NCBI GenBank assembly: GCA_010093605.1
Contig: MU004190.1
Span: 1,310,961-1,374,960, forward strand
Length of the DNA: 64,000 nucleotides
Direction: 5' to 3'
Source of the DNA: Lophium mytilinum
Lineage: Eukaryota
Part shown: positions 1 to 11,976 of the stretch, piece after piece
How positions within the stretch are numbered: position 1 is the stretch's first letter
How the letters are laid out: every line of letters begins with the position of its first letter
Made by a program: the position numbers and the translations under genes
The notes under the pieces: generated by a model
Seen by the model: only the letters and a program-made list of their open reading frames with translations
The model's database searches: none
Told to the model about the DNA's origin: nothing

Positions 1-2450
1 TTAATCTATTAAGTAAGCCTTAGTAAGGCTTTCTTAGTAGTTTATAGGTATTATAATAAGTAGTAATTAGTTATAATTATTAATTCTTTCTCTTAAATAT
101 AGTATTACTAAATTCTAAGCGCTTCTTTAATTACTAGGAGTTCTTTTTTATATACTAGATAGTTTAATTTAGCTTTATTAAGCTTCTAACTATTAAATAT
201 AATAGAATACTACTTACTATCTTCTTCTTATTAGAGAAGGACTATTCTAATAGTAAAATTAGAAGCATCTATTTTAATCTAAAAGGGCTTTAACTAGTTA
301 ATAAGGGTAAGTATAGGGCGTTTAATAAGCTTTTACTTAAGGGAGTTAAAAGTAATTTAATAGCTAATATTCTATATAATAGCTTAGTACTTTTTCTTTT
401 ATATTGCGGCGTTGCTTTTCTTTAAAAGCTTATAGAGAGGTGCTAATATATAGGCGAAGTTCTTAATAAACTTTTAATAGTATATTACTAGTCTAATAAA
501 CTATTAGACCTTATAGATATTAGTAGAAATAGGCTAATACTAAATAGCGTCTAGTTTATTAGTTATTAGTTTTATAGTTCTATAAGAAACTATATAGCTA
601 TAAAACTTAATAGTTTCTTAAGTAATTAAGTACTTATTAGTTTTAGTAAATAGTTATTTCTTTCTAAGAGCTTTAAATAATAATTAGAGGTAGTTAAGAT
701 ACTCTTTTAATATTTCTAAAAATACTATAATATTATCTATATAGATAAGTATAAATTAATATAGATATAGTTATAAGGTGTTATTTATAATAGCTTAAAA
801 GGTAGTAGAAGCATTATAAAGACTAAAAGATATAACTAGAAATTTAAATTTCTCTTTAATTATGTTAAAAGTAGTCTTATAGACGTCTAATTAATAAACG
901 CGCAGCTAGTAATATCTAGAGGTTAAATTAATCTTAGTAAAGAACCTAGCCTTTCTAAATAACTATAGGTAGTTATTAATGTATAGTAGAAGGTAGGTAT
1001 TCTTCTAGGTTACTAGATTAAGTACTCTATAGTTAATATATATTTACTACTTACTATTTAGCTTTAGAATAAAAAGAACTAGAGATTTCTAGGCACTAAT
1101 AGACTCTTAAATAAGGCTCTATTCTAGTAGCTTATAGATCTATTAGGTCTATTCCTCTATTTAATAATATAAGAGGCGGTATATAGTATTATTTACTAGC
1201 TTTATATCTCTAGTATTAATTAGATAGTTATATCTGCGCTTAGGTAGTAGAATATTAGAGAGAATATTATAGAAATAAGGTTTATACTTTTTAAGAAGCT
1301 CTTAGAACTTCTCTTATATAGAAGTAGTAATATAATTAATTAGAGGTAATAAATTCTTATCTTCTAATAGCGGATTAGTGCCGGGTTATAGTACTTAATC
1401 TAGTATTAGTTTATTAGAAGCTTTTATAATATAAAGGTAAGCGGAATTAAGCTTATCTACTAAGAGCCTCTTATACTTCTAATAGGATATTATATTAATA
1501 AAACTCTAGTATTCTAGTTTAGAGAGACTAAGGTCTATAATAGGGCTTAATATATTAAGCTAATAAGCTACTAGTTTAATCTTTAGATTATAGCTAACCT
1601 ATATTTATAAGGTAATAGAATTAGTAAAGAAGTTAATAATAGCTTAGTATTACTATAGCTAGATTATACTAAGAATGTATTAATACTCTTTAAGGTCTAG
1701 AATATATATAGTTAGAGTACCTAACAGCATATAGATTTTAAATAGAATTTCTAAGGCTTTTATACTAATTATAGTTATACCTAAGGGAAGTTTAACTACT
1801 TTAGGGGCTATTATTTTAATATTTCTTAGCTAATATTAAGCATACTTTAATAATATATAGATAGAATTAGCGCTATAGTTAATTAAGAAGGTAGTTCTTT
1901 TCTAATAGTTAGATAGTTCTAAAGTTCCCTTATATTCTAAAAGATATTTACCTAGAGAGTTAAGGTAGTAGATTCTTTCTTCTATTAATTTAATAATAAT
2001 TTAGTTAGAAGGATTATTAAAGGGCGGCTAATTCTTTTCTATTATAAGTTTATAAAAAGTAGAAGTCTTATCTTTTAAATTAGTTAGTTGCTCTAAGGCT
2101 ACTAACTCTTCTAGTTTTCTAATAGCTTCTTAGCTAGCTAAGTATAGTTGCGTTTAATATAGCCCTTCTTACTATAATTATAGTACTTACGCGTATTAGT
2201 ATTCTATTAAGTAGTATCTTTACTATATCTACTATAGCCTTAACTGCGTTCTTAAGATCTAGTAGTATTTCTACCTTTAAAGGTATTAAGTTTAGTATTA
2301 TCTTTAGTATCTAGATATTTATATTTATTAGAATTAATATTAGTTTCTTAGAAGTAATTATTATCTAATTCTTTATTAGCCCTAGAGATAGTATTAAGGC
2401 GGCTTTAATAGTCTCTTATTCTCTTATACTAGAAGATCTAATACTTATTA
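1..2450 (-). mobile_element. RIP-inactivated Ty3/Gypsy LTR retrotransposon (gag zinc knuckle, protease, RT, RNase H)
   Basis: Extremely TpA-rich, CpA/TpG-poor. Minus-strand translation shows RIP-damaged motifs in Gypsy order: YYNYSKKGYIKRNY (2185-2144; CX2CX4HX4C after reversing G>A/C>T), FLINYSA (1889-1869; protease-like LIDxGA), YINYRVLN and FTKINLTSRYY*LR (RT, ~1045-900), VISFSLYNASTTF and YIDN (743-732; YxDD), IDASNFTIRIVL (~272-238; RNase H TDASDFAIGAVL). Many stops. Confidence 0.9.
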
Positions 2451-4093
2451 GTAGTAGCAACCTACGCTATCTATTTATTAAAATTAAAAGGGGCCTATAC
2501 TTAGGCGTTAATATAAAACTTAAGGCTAGGTTTTAAACCTACGCGGGCACGTTAATATACCTTAAGATTAGATAGAGCTATATTAAAAGGGTATATATAA
2601 GTAGCCCTAATAAGCTTATTAAAGAACTATTAAGTACTAGTTATCTATACTATTTTATTAAAGTAGTATTAGTATTACTCTAGCGTATCTATACTCTTAT
2701 AGTAGTAGCTAAAAGTAGTAAAGAACTAATCTAATATAGTAAACTTAGTATTACCTTAGTAGTGCTATTAAATATTTTAGTTCTATTAAATAGCTATAGT
2801 TCTAGCTATATAGCTACTAGCTAGCTAAATCTTTTAAGTTTCTAGTATCTACTAGTAAACCTATTAATAGGCGTCTACTTATATAGTAATAAAGTTATAT
2901 ATTTAAACTATCTAAATAGAGTATATATTATTATTAACTTTATTTAACTATATAGTAGAAGTTCTTATAAAAACTTTAGGTAGCGCTATTAAATAAGATT
3001 CTCTTATAGCTAATATTCTCTTAAAGGCTTATTAGAGCTCTTATATAGTTTATTCTAATAGAGGCTTATTATAGTCTAGTATTAGATAATCTAAGAAAGT
3101 ATTAGATAATAGACTCTAGAAGTTAGTAGTACCTTAAAAAGTAGGCTACTACTAGAGGTTATCTAATATATTCTTAATGCGGGTATAGTACTTAGAGACT
3201 ATAGCTTATAGCTATTCTAGTATAGTAGCCTACTACTATTATATAGAAGAAGCTAATATAGAACTAAAGAGTTCTAGTCTCTAGTAATCTATTATATACT
3301 CTATTATAGGGGCTTAAAAGCGTTAATAGCTATCTAAAGAAAGTGTAAATAATAGCCCTTAATAGGTAAGCTCTAGATTATAGGCTAGGGCACTACTATA
3401 AATAATTAGAGAACCTTAAACTAGTAGCTTAATATATTCTAGAGTAGTAGCCTACTTAGCCTGCAAGGCTAATATTAGATTAAATAAATTATAAGATATA
3501 GTACTAAACTAAGAGAGCCTTTAAAAGAGTCTTTAAAGGTTAAAAGATAATCTATTAGAATAATAATATCTATTACTAGATATAAAAGAAAGCTAAGAGT
3601 TATAGAATATTTAAGAATAAGAAAGAGTAGAAAAGAGTTAATAACTGCAAAATAATTAAAGTAATAAGTAAGGAAAGAGTACTAAGATAGTAATATTAAG
3701 TTTCTTTCTTAAATACTTTTTAATATTCTATTAGAGAGGGAGAATTCTTAAAAGGACTTCTCTACCTTCTCCTTATAATTAACTTATAAGGATTTCTAAT
3801 TACTATATAATTATTAGGCTCTATTAAGCTATAATATTATTCTTCTTACTATCCTACTATTAATCTTGCTTTAGTAGCTAATAGAATATATAGTTAGTTA
3901 CGTAGAAGTATTAAAAGGAATAGAAAAATCCTATAGTAATATTCTAGCTAAGGGCTCTTTAGACCTATACTATTTAATTTTTATAAGAATATTTATAATA
4001 GGTAGTTATATTATAATACCGGCTTAATACTAATTAAAGGCTATTATTAATAGTTATTATTAATTACTAATTAGGTTAATTTTTAGAAACTAT
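2451..4093. repeat. RIP-degenerated AT-rich repeat DNA of unresolved class (possibly a second, nested LTR element)
   Basis: Same TpA-rich composition and no ORF of 60 aa or more. I could not follow the Gypsy gag frame beyond ~2450 and recovered no diagnostic domain. Confidence 0.6.
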
Positions 4094-4164
4094 NNNNNNN
4101 NNNNNNNNNNNNNNNNNNNNNNNNNNNNNNNNNNNNNNNNNNNNNNNNNNNNNNNNNNNNNNNN
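4094..4164. other. Assembly gap (N run)
   Basis: Run of N bases. Confidence 1.
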
Positions 4165-4345
4165 GCTAGAACTATAACTAAGCTACTAGATATAATATTT
4201 CTAATTATATAATATAAGAATTTAGAGAATAATAGATATTAATTCTATATAGAAATCTAGCTAGTTTATATATATATTAGAGAGGCCTATATAGGCCTTA
4301 ATTACACTAGATCTATATAGAAAGGCGTTCCTATAGTAGATCTAT
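4165..4345. repeat. End of the AT-rich RIP block; sharp boundary to GC-balanced DNA
   Basis: TpA-rich sequence switches to normal composition at ~4345. Confidence 0.7.
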
Positions 4346-4541
4346 ACATTACGTGCATAATATCTAAATATCAACCGTATATTAAGAATTCCACACGAAG
4401 ATAGGCATCGGAGGTTTAGGAGGGGAAAAGTTCGCGTCCACGGAAGCGGTCTAGCGGTTCTCGTCAACCACGACGCGTCCACGAATTGTTGATTTCCTTC
4501 TACACCACGATCAGGATGAGCTTACTAATTCATCGTTCAGT

Positions 4542-4954
4542 ATGAGTACATTGGGATACATACATTCTTCAAGGCATGGTGAGTTTGCTCGACTACATTG
4601 GTTGGGTTAATTGAAAAATGCTTGCTAATGCCACCAAAGTGCATCTTTCCCCTCGACGATGCACCGTCCAAGGAGCCTCTTAGCGGTGCTACCTGCGAAT
4701 CGAAACCCGACGTCGTTTGGAACGGCCTTAGACTATAGCCGCTATCTTCCTGCGAGTAGTTGATATATCGCGCAGCGTCGAACAAGCTCCAGGACCTTCC
4801 TGCCGAGATACGACTCGATATATTCCGATACGCGTTTGATTACGGTACAAAGCTCCCGTCACCGTCTAGAAGGATAGATTTCGACTTTAATGGGTGTCAT
4901 GACACTATGCGAATATGCGACGAGGATTCTGGGCATCTCCAAGGACTGCCCTAA
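4542..4954 (+). pseudogene. Pseudogene of the local F-box-like family
   Basis: KLQDLPAEIRLDIFRYAFDY matches paralogs at 5497-6430 and 9885-11217. The upstream in-frame PLSGA matches the 11217 paralog but is separated from the F-box motif by TAG stops (4736, 4757). Putative ATG 4542 and intron 4579-4639 do not join this frame, and the ORF truncates at 4954. Confidence 0.65.
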
Positions 4955-5464
4955 TTGTTCAAACATCTACCAATGCCAGCAGCGCGCAAATGATCGATAT
5001 CAGAGGTCCAGGAATAAACCGGTCCCTTTGAATGCCTACGGTCTTCTCGCATCCGTTCTGATAGTTTCGTGTCGTTCCAAAATTGCCTTACCGGCTTATG
5101 TCTCCGTTACATTCCGCACCTAGAGGTCTAAAGGATGTCGCAAGCAATGGATTGCATTAATTGAAGCGTCCGACACGGAGGCACCCCTTCGCAGACCCCT
5201 CAGATGTTGAAAAATTGCATCCTGCTAAGATCACAGTAATGGAATAACAGATTCTGGCGAAGGATGTTGATGTTGCGCTTGCTTATGAAGTATTTATAAT
5301 ACCGGAATTGTAGTGTGTCGTGTTGGCCGAATGTGGCGGTAAGCATAATTGGCGGAGAGAAGTACCATGGGTCAACTTCGTGAATGATTCACTTCGAATC
5401 GAAGTTTCCTTACCGACACTCTGTCCTCTCAACCTTTTCATTCAACATTTATCTCTTTAACTGA

Positions 5465-5772
5465 GGCCTCTTGAAGAGCCCACGAGCATCTATCACATGA
5501 ATGAGACCGAACAAAAGGCCCGAGGTAAGTTAAAAAATCAGCCTCATCTGGCACTGTGGATATTTCATAATACTCACTAATGGCATGGGAAGGACACCTC
5601 AACTTGTGTTACAACCTAGCCGTCTCAAGGAGTCCACGAGCACCTATCGCGATGAATGAAACCGAGCGAAGGGCCCGAGGTGAGTTGAGAAGTCGGCCTC
5701 AGCCAGCACAGTAGATACTTCGCAACACTGGCTAATGGCTCGAGAAGGACACCTCAATCTGTGTTACATCCT
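5465..5772 (+). repeat. Imperfect tandem duplication (~155 bp period) of ATG-exon 1, intron 1 and start of exon 2
   Basis: ATGAATGAGACCGAACAAAAGGCCCGAG|gtaagt (5497) vs ATGAATGAAACCGAGCGAAGGGCCCGAG|gtgagt (5652); both followed by ...ctaat...aag|GACACCTCAA..TGTGTTACA. Confidence 0.9.
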
Positions 5773-6430
5773 GCTATGTCGTAGTGGCATGGTTTGCAAG
5801 GGTATAATCAACTTGTCCGACTCCAAGGACGGCCCATTCTCCGCAGACTTGGGCCGCAAACCTTCATGGGACGAGCACTCATGGGACGAGCCCGCACGCA
5901 TAGTCAATGCTGTTGCCCAGAAACTGCAGAAATTCCCCGCCGAACTCCGCTTGCAGATTTTCCGAGACGTGTTCCATCAACCAATGTGGGCTCTCATGAA
6001 GCACAACTCTTGCACTGAAGACTTCGTGTTCGAGCACGTAGCATTTACTCGCACATGTAAATGGACCAACCTTTATGATTGGTGCAACGAGAAGCTCGTG
6101 GGGTGCGAAATTGCGTTGGAAGTATCGGATCTCTTATGGAACACGACCGCGGCTGTGTTGGATTTGCGAGATCTTCCCGCCTTCACAAAGTGCTCACTCG
6201 CTGTGCCTAACTTCAAGCCCATGGACCGTGTTCGAAGGCTCTGCATCCATCTTACCCAACCAAAATCTTACACTTCGGAACACCTGGGCCTGCTTTTGAA
6301 CATCCCGAAACTACAGGGTGTCTGTCTCCATCTCGATTATGAACAAGATCGGGAAGAACTCGAGTCCTCTCCAGTAGTCGTCAGCTTGAGGCAACGCGGA
6401 GTGGATGTGAGGCTCTGGGTAGTGTTTTGA
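5497..6430 (+). CDS. F-box-like motif hypothetical protein
   Basis: ORF 5735-6430 with LQKFPAELRLQIF. Phase-1 introns 5525-5592 and 5680-5747 join ATG 5497 or ATG 5652 in frame. Colinear similarity to the 9885-11217 paralog. Confidence 0.65.
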
Positions 6431-7126
6431 GCCGACATTCAAAGCTAGACAAGCAATGATACGAGAGCATACTTGCGGCGGAGACTTTCTCCCGTTATAT
6501 TGACGGTGGTGCACACGATAAACACGGACGTCAACCGGAAGCATCAGGCAAAGAACAAAAAGTCACATTAGGAATTGTTTCACGCCGATCGTATTACACA
6601 AGAGGAGACCGTACACTCTACTACAAAAGCGAGGAATATCAAGGCAGCAGATTTTAAGAAATACAGCGGCTGGCGTCCTGATTTCATTTCTCCAACAGAT
6701 TGATAAGGCAGAGTTGATTGCGAGGGTGCGATCTCAAAGCGTTTTCAGAACCCAATCTGGCGTGCGGACATCTTGAAGCAATAAAATATTTTCCAAAATT
6801 TTCCTTACGCGTTCAACGCCGTACCTATCTTGCAGTGCATGCATGTCCTTCCTCTCGTACAAACTCTCAGCCCTCGGCCGAGAGAGCTTCCTCGCCTCGT
6901 TACGCCTCCCACCCCCCTCTAGCAAGGGTCCGCATATCATATACCCCGCCAAACGCGGGGCAAAAATACCGTTCCGGATCCTCGAAGCAAGACCCCCGGC
7001 GCGACCTCCACCTTCCGGAGGTACAGTACAATTTCTCCGAGTCCGATTTCCAAGCACTATAACGCCATTGCAAGTCCCTCATTTCTTTGCCTACAAGCTT
7101 TTGACAACCGCTGCTAATTATCCGTC

Positions 7127-8198
7127 ATGAAGACTGCCTTTGGAAGACTCGTCCGCTTTAAGAGCAAGGGAGGGGAGGTGCTCTATGGAGAGGCCCCGAC
7201 TGGCGATGACTTGGTTGGCAAGACGGTGGAGCTTTATGAAGGGGAGCAGCCGTGGGAGCTGAAGGCTACTGGGAAGAAGGCTGAGATTGCGGAGGTTTGC
7301 GGCCCCCTAAAGAAGTGACATGGCAACGGGCTAATTGGAATAATTGCAGGTCTTAAGCCCTCTACCAGCGGCACCTATATTCTATGGCATTGGTTTGAAC
7401 TACAAGGCGCATATTGCGGAAGCTGGCGTGCGTAGAGATGTCTCCGAAGTCTGCAATAATAATGGAAGAATTGACGCTGCGATGTAGTTTCCAACACCAG
7501 GATTCCCGACAGTCTTCACGAAACCCGCCGGTAAACACCTCCAGATTCCAGGCTTTGAGAAATGACAGACCCTAACTCGGCTTTCAATCTAGATGCCCTC
7601 GCTGGCCCATTCGAAGACATAACCATCTACAAAGACTGCCAAAAGACCATGGACTACGAGGTACCCTCTCCCCTCCCCTCTCATCCCATATACCCCAATT
7701 CTAACAACCATCCAGGGCGAACTCACCGTCATCATCGGCAAACCCGCCCTCAACCTCACCGAATCCGACGACCCCTTCGACTACATCCTCGGCTACACAA
7801 CCGGCAACGACGTCTCCTGCCGCTACTGGCAAATGCCTGAGCAATCCGGCAACCAGCACGGCTACGCCAAGTCCTTCGATCAGTTCGGGCCCATCGGCCC
7901 TGTGCTCGTCTCCCCTAGCCTTATCCAAGACCCGGCCGCACTCACACTCAAGACCTTTGTAAACGGGGAGGAGCGGCAGAGCACGTCGACGAGCGATTTG
8001 CTCTTCAATATCCCGCAGATCATCCGGCACTTGAGCAGGGGCACGACCCTGCGGCCCGGAACGGCGATTATGACGGGGACACCGTCGGGGGTAGCCGCGT
8101 TTATGAAGCCGCCGGCGTGGTTGCAGGATGGGGATGTGGTGGAGGTGAAGATTAGTGAGATTGGGAGTATTAAGAATAAGTATGTCTTTGAGAAGTAG
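7127..8198 (+). CDS. Fumarylacetoacetate hydrolase (FAH) family protein, 5 exons
   Basis: Motifs GIGLNYKAH, VFTKP, MDYEGELTVIIG, GYTTGNDVS, YAKSFDQFGPIGP, IMTGTPSGV assembled across GT-AG introns. Confidence 0.92.
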
Positions 8199-9053
8199 GG
8201 CAGGCGTTTTAGAACTGCTTAGATATAGTCGAGAGGTTTGATATAAAGATATCAACATCACAATTCTACGATATACTACCACCTACGCTTCCGATCACAA
8301 AATGCTCGTCTTACCGAACCGGGGACACCTAAAACTCCAGAGTCAACGGCATCTATTCTTCCTAGCGTGACGTCTATATTAACATTACACGATGTTGTCT
8401 CTAGAAAAGGAATAGAAGTCACGAGCTAGATGGTAAGGCTTAGCGCAGCAGACGACGTTAAGCCGATCACGTGATGCAAACGTAGATACTCCTGTTTCCT
8501 GAAGAGGAATATGCGACCCCAAGAAGATCCTCTGCATTTGAAGTGGTGGAAAGATATCTCCATCGCCCATCGCCCGTGATAGACCACTCTCCCATTTTCT
8601 GGCACCACGTGCCCTCCGGAACCCGGAGCTTAAAAAGGCCCTGCTCCTTGGTAACCCAACCACGACTCTTCCGAAGCGGCGAAAGACAGGGGGCGAGACC
8701 CCGGAAAGTGAGAGGCACAGCCTAGCGTAGTCTACCATAGCAGTGGATGCGCGTACATATATTACTAACGCTCCCTAGGTATCCGAATGAGAGTCTGAAT
8801 CCTGCTACGAGTTCCAAGGGGCCGAAGTGATACGGGTTGGAAATCCTAACCTCGGTGATTTGGGAAGGGTGATAAAAGCGCACTTATAAGTTCGGGACAT
8901 TGACGAGCGAGGGAAGGTTTACTGGTCAGTGGACAAATGAACAGAAGCGGGTATAAGAACTGATGGTAACTCCTAGACTCTACCTTACCTATTCATCGAA
9001 CTCAACTATTATACTATTCTCCAAACCAAAACGAGAAAGTCCAGACATTCAAC

Positions 9054-9744
9054 ATGGCCAAAGACTTCGACTTCGACCAGAAATCCGCGAAAGTGGTCTC
9101 GCCTACCCGCCTTGCGCACGTGGTCCTTCGAACCACTCCTGAAAAGTTCAAGGCAATGACCGACTATTACAAAACCTTTTTGGGTGGAGAAGCTAGTTAC
9201 GAGAACGAGTTCTTGAGTTTCATTACCTATGATGAGGAACATCACCGCCTCGCTATCGGCGCAATCCCTGGCACGGGACCGAAGAACCAGAGGACGTGCG
9301 GGTTGGAGGTAAGCCGTGTCCATCCTCTTGAATAGGTCTGAATAGACAGCGACGCGGAGAACAAGCGGGGCTAAAGAAACGTAGCACATCGCCTTCACCC
9401 ACTCACATCTCAACGAGCTCCTCCTCGCCTACCGCCAGCGCAAAGCCGCCGGGATCGATCCCTTCTGGTGCGTCAACCACGGGCCGACGACCTCCATCTA
9501 CTACCACGACCCGGATGGGAACATGCTCGAGACTCAAGTCGATGCCTTTGAGACGACAGAGGAAGCGACAGATTTTATGTTGAGCAAGGCGTTTCAGGAG
9601 AATCCGTTCGGCGCTGAATTTGACCCGGAGGAGCACATCGACAGGATTAAGAAGGGGGAGAGTGCGAAGAGTCTCTTAAAGCGGCCGGATGTGGGGCCCA
9701 GGGGGCCGGAGAGCTTGCCGGCTGCGATGTTGGAGGGTATTTAG
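9054..9744 (+). CDS. VOC/glyoxalase-superfamily ring-cleaving dioxygenase-like protein (biphenyl-2,3-diol dioxygenase III / trihydroxytoluene oxygenase-like)
   Basis: SPTRLAHVVLRT, YDEEHHRLAI, LE|HIAFT, WCVNHGPTTSIYYHDPDGNMLETQVD; one intron ~9309-9384. Confidence 0.88.
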
Positions 9745-9884
9745 GTCATAGGGGGGTATAAAGGAGTTTGCACTATCGCGTCTGGCGAGGTAGAATTGTG
9801 ATATCGAGCTCTTTAACATTTTGAGTGATGAAGAGGAAAATGAATGAAAGGTACCAGATCGAAGCTCATCTAGGATTCCGTGAT

Positions 9885-11217
9885 TCATTCGGATAGACCA
9901 TAGTCTTCGGATAGATCATCATCTTCTTCGGATAGATCATCGTCTCCTTCGGACGGAACTTCGTCTTCATCGGATGTATCATCCTCTCCAAGCTCCGTCC
10001 TCTCTCTTCTACGCGCCAGTAATTCCGCGAACTTCTCCGGCGCCCAGATCATCACACGATAGACCAAGGCAACCATAATCAGCTCGTAATAAGAAGCAGC
10101 ATGTCGAAAATCTTTTTTGGTCGGCTTCCTGAACATGTTGTCAATGCGTTCCGGTGTGCTGTGATAAACTGGCCCCTCGTAAGGGGGTCGTTCTAGTCTC
10201 ACTTTGCCAAGCTCTATCTTCTGTATGACTTCGGTTCTTGCAGCGAGACATTCCTCTCCATGTGTGTTCGAGTCGGACGAGTACGCCATATCGTCCTCCA
10301 TGCCCTCATCCGGTGACTCGCCAGAACCTCTCGTTAGTCTTACACGGACCCCACGCTGCTTTAAAGCAAGGACAGTAGGAGCTAGCCGCAGGATCTCGTT
10401 CTTCTGCCACGTGCTGGGGATGTAAATGCCAACTTCTCGCAACTTCGGCAAGTCCAGGAGCATCTTGAGTCTTGGCCAGGTCTTAGGGTCCATCTCAATC
10501 GTTTCACCACCCCACATATGCTGATTACGATCTATGTCCCCATGTCTAGGTACAGTGCCATCCGGCTCCCAACCTACCTGGCCAACGTCGATGATGAGGT
10601 ATCTGGCGTAGTTACCGGGCTTGAAGTTTCGTACAGACTTGTAGCCAGGGGAAGACACGAAATTTGAAAGATCTTCCAGATTAAGGTGGAACCATGTACA
10701 GGAGTAGAATGCCTCAGATGCCTCTGTCGCGACATTGAGCCCAACAAATGCCTCGTAGCACCAGTCATGCAGCGTCTTCCTCGGGTCCCAGGATAGCCAT
10801 CGAAAACCATAATCGCGCATTCCCACAGTGGTAGTAGTATGATCGTATTCTGGTGTTTTTTGCACAACCTTGAGAGGAGCGGCAATAGGATGGACGGCCA
10901 CAGGAGCTTTGGTGTTGTAGTCAAACACGTGTCCAAAAATACACAATCGAATCTCAGCAGGCAGACTCTGGAGCTTCTTGGAAAGCTGATGAATCACGCG
11001 TGCATGAGGGGTCCACGAAGTCTTTCCTGTGCCATTCTTGACAGTATGATCGGATTGGGGATCTAATGGTGAGCAGGGTTTAGAGCGCGAGGTGGTAAAC
11101 GCGCCGGAAAGTGCTTTACGGTCGTTGTTAGCTCGCCTATGCGGCTGAGTGAGGGCCTAGGGATTCGGGATCGGACTCACGTCTAAGTGTTGATGACTCA
11201 GGCTGAAGTTCGTTCAT
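9885..11217 (-). CDS. F-box-like motif hypothetical protein with acidic repetitive tail
   Basis: Exon 1 ATG 11217-11181 (MNELQPESSTLR), phase-1 intron 11180-11114 (gtgagt..gctaac..aag), then an open frame with LQSLPAEIRLCIF to stop 9885; C-terminal DDLSE-type repeats. Confidence 0.75.
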
Positions 11218-11976
11218 CTTGGTGTTCGGATGCAGGAATTGTGATGAAAGAGATGGAAGTCGGAGACGTGGGCACAAGAATCGAACCGCCTTGGCGCGCT
11301 AGCGCGCCCGTACCCCACAGGCCCAGGCCACTCGAACCGGTTGAGTGTGAAAGTCGTAATGTAGAGACGGTAGGCATCGTGTGAGTGCGAATCATTCACT
11401 CAGTCAAACGCAAGTCAGAAACTGCCCACGTCATCCCAAAGTATGCATGTAACATGCTTGTTCAATTGTTTTGATCTTTGATTTTTCATCATCATATAAA
11501 CACTTCCGAAATATGGGCAGCAGTTCCCAAGTCCCACGACCTGTCAACGATCGTCGAGAACCGTGTCATCAACGATTCTTTAGAGTCGATGGAGCATTGA
11601 AAGCTCGGAGCCGCATGCCCATCAGGATCAAAGTCTGGCACTGAAAGACCTTGTATATCCGAAAATGTTTCCCTCATAGACGTCCCTGGGGAACCCCCTT
11701 TTTAATATGTTTCAATGCATGCAAATGTATGCAGCCTCATGAGACATCTTTTTGTCGTGAATTTGCCGAGACGGAGCGGCGCTGTGCCACCTGGCGCGTC
11801 GCAGCGCTACCGAGCACATTATTATACTCGGGAGTCGAGAACACCGAAAAGTTTTAGACGAGCTTGTCGAACCTCGTTATATCGTTATTTCCGAGAAGAT
11901 GACTGCATGCGAATTGGCCTTCTTCTGTTTTACTTCTTGATCATGCATCGTGCTTGGATATGAGATTATGAGGCTT

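Noticed and set aside
4283..4310. Palindrome AGGCCTATATAGGCCT followed by CTAG, resembling a Helitron 3' end
   Set aside because: CTAG is not followed by T, and palindromes are common in TpA-rich RIP DNA.
6734..7057. 107-aa minus-strand ORF upstream of the FAH gene
   Set aside because: Non-ATG start, no recognisable motif, overlaps the FAH promoter.
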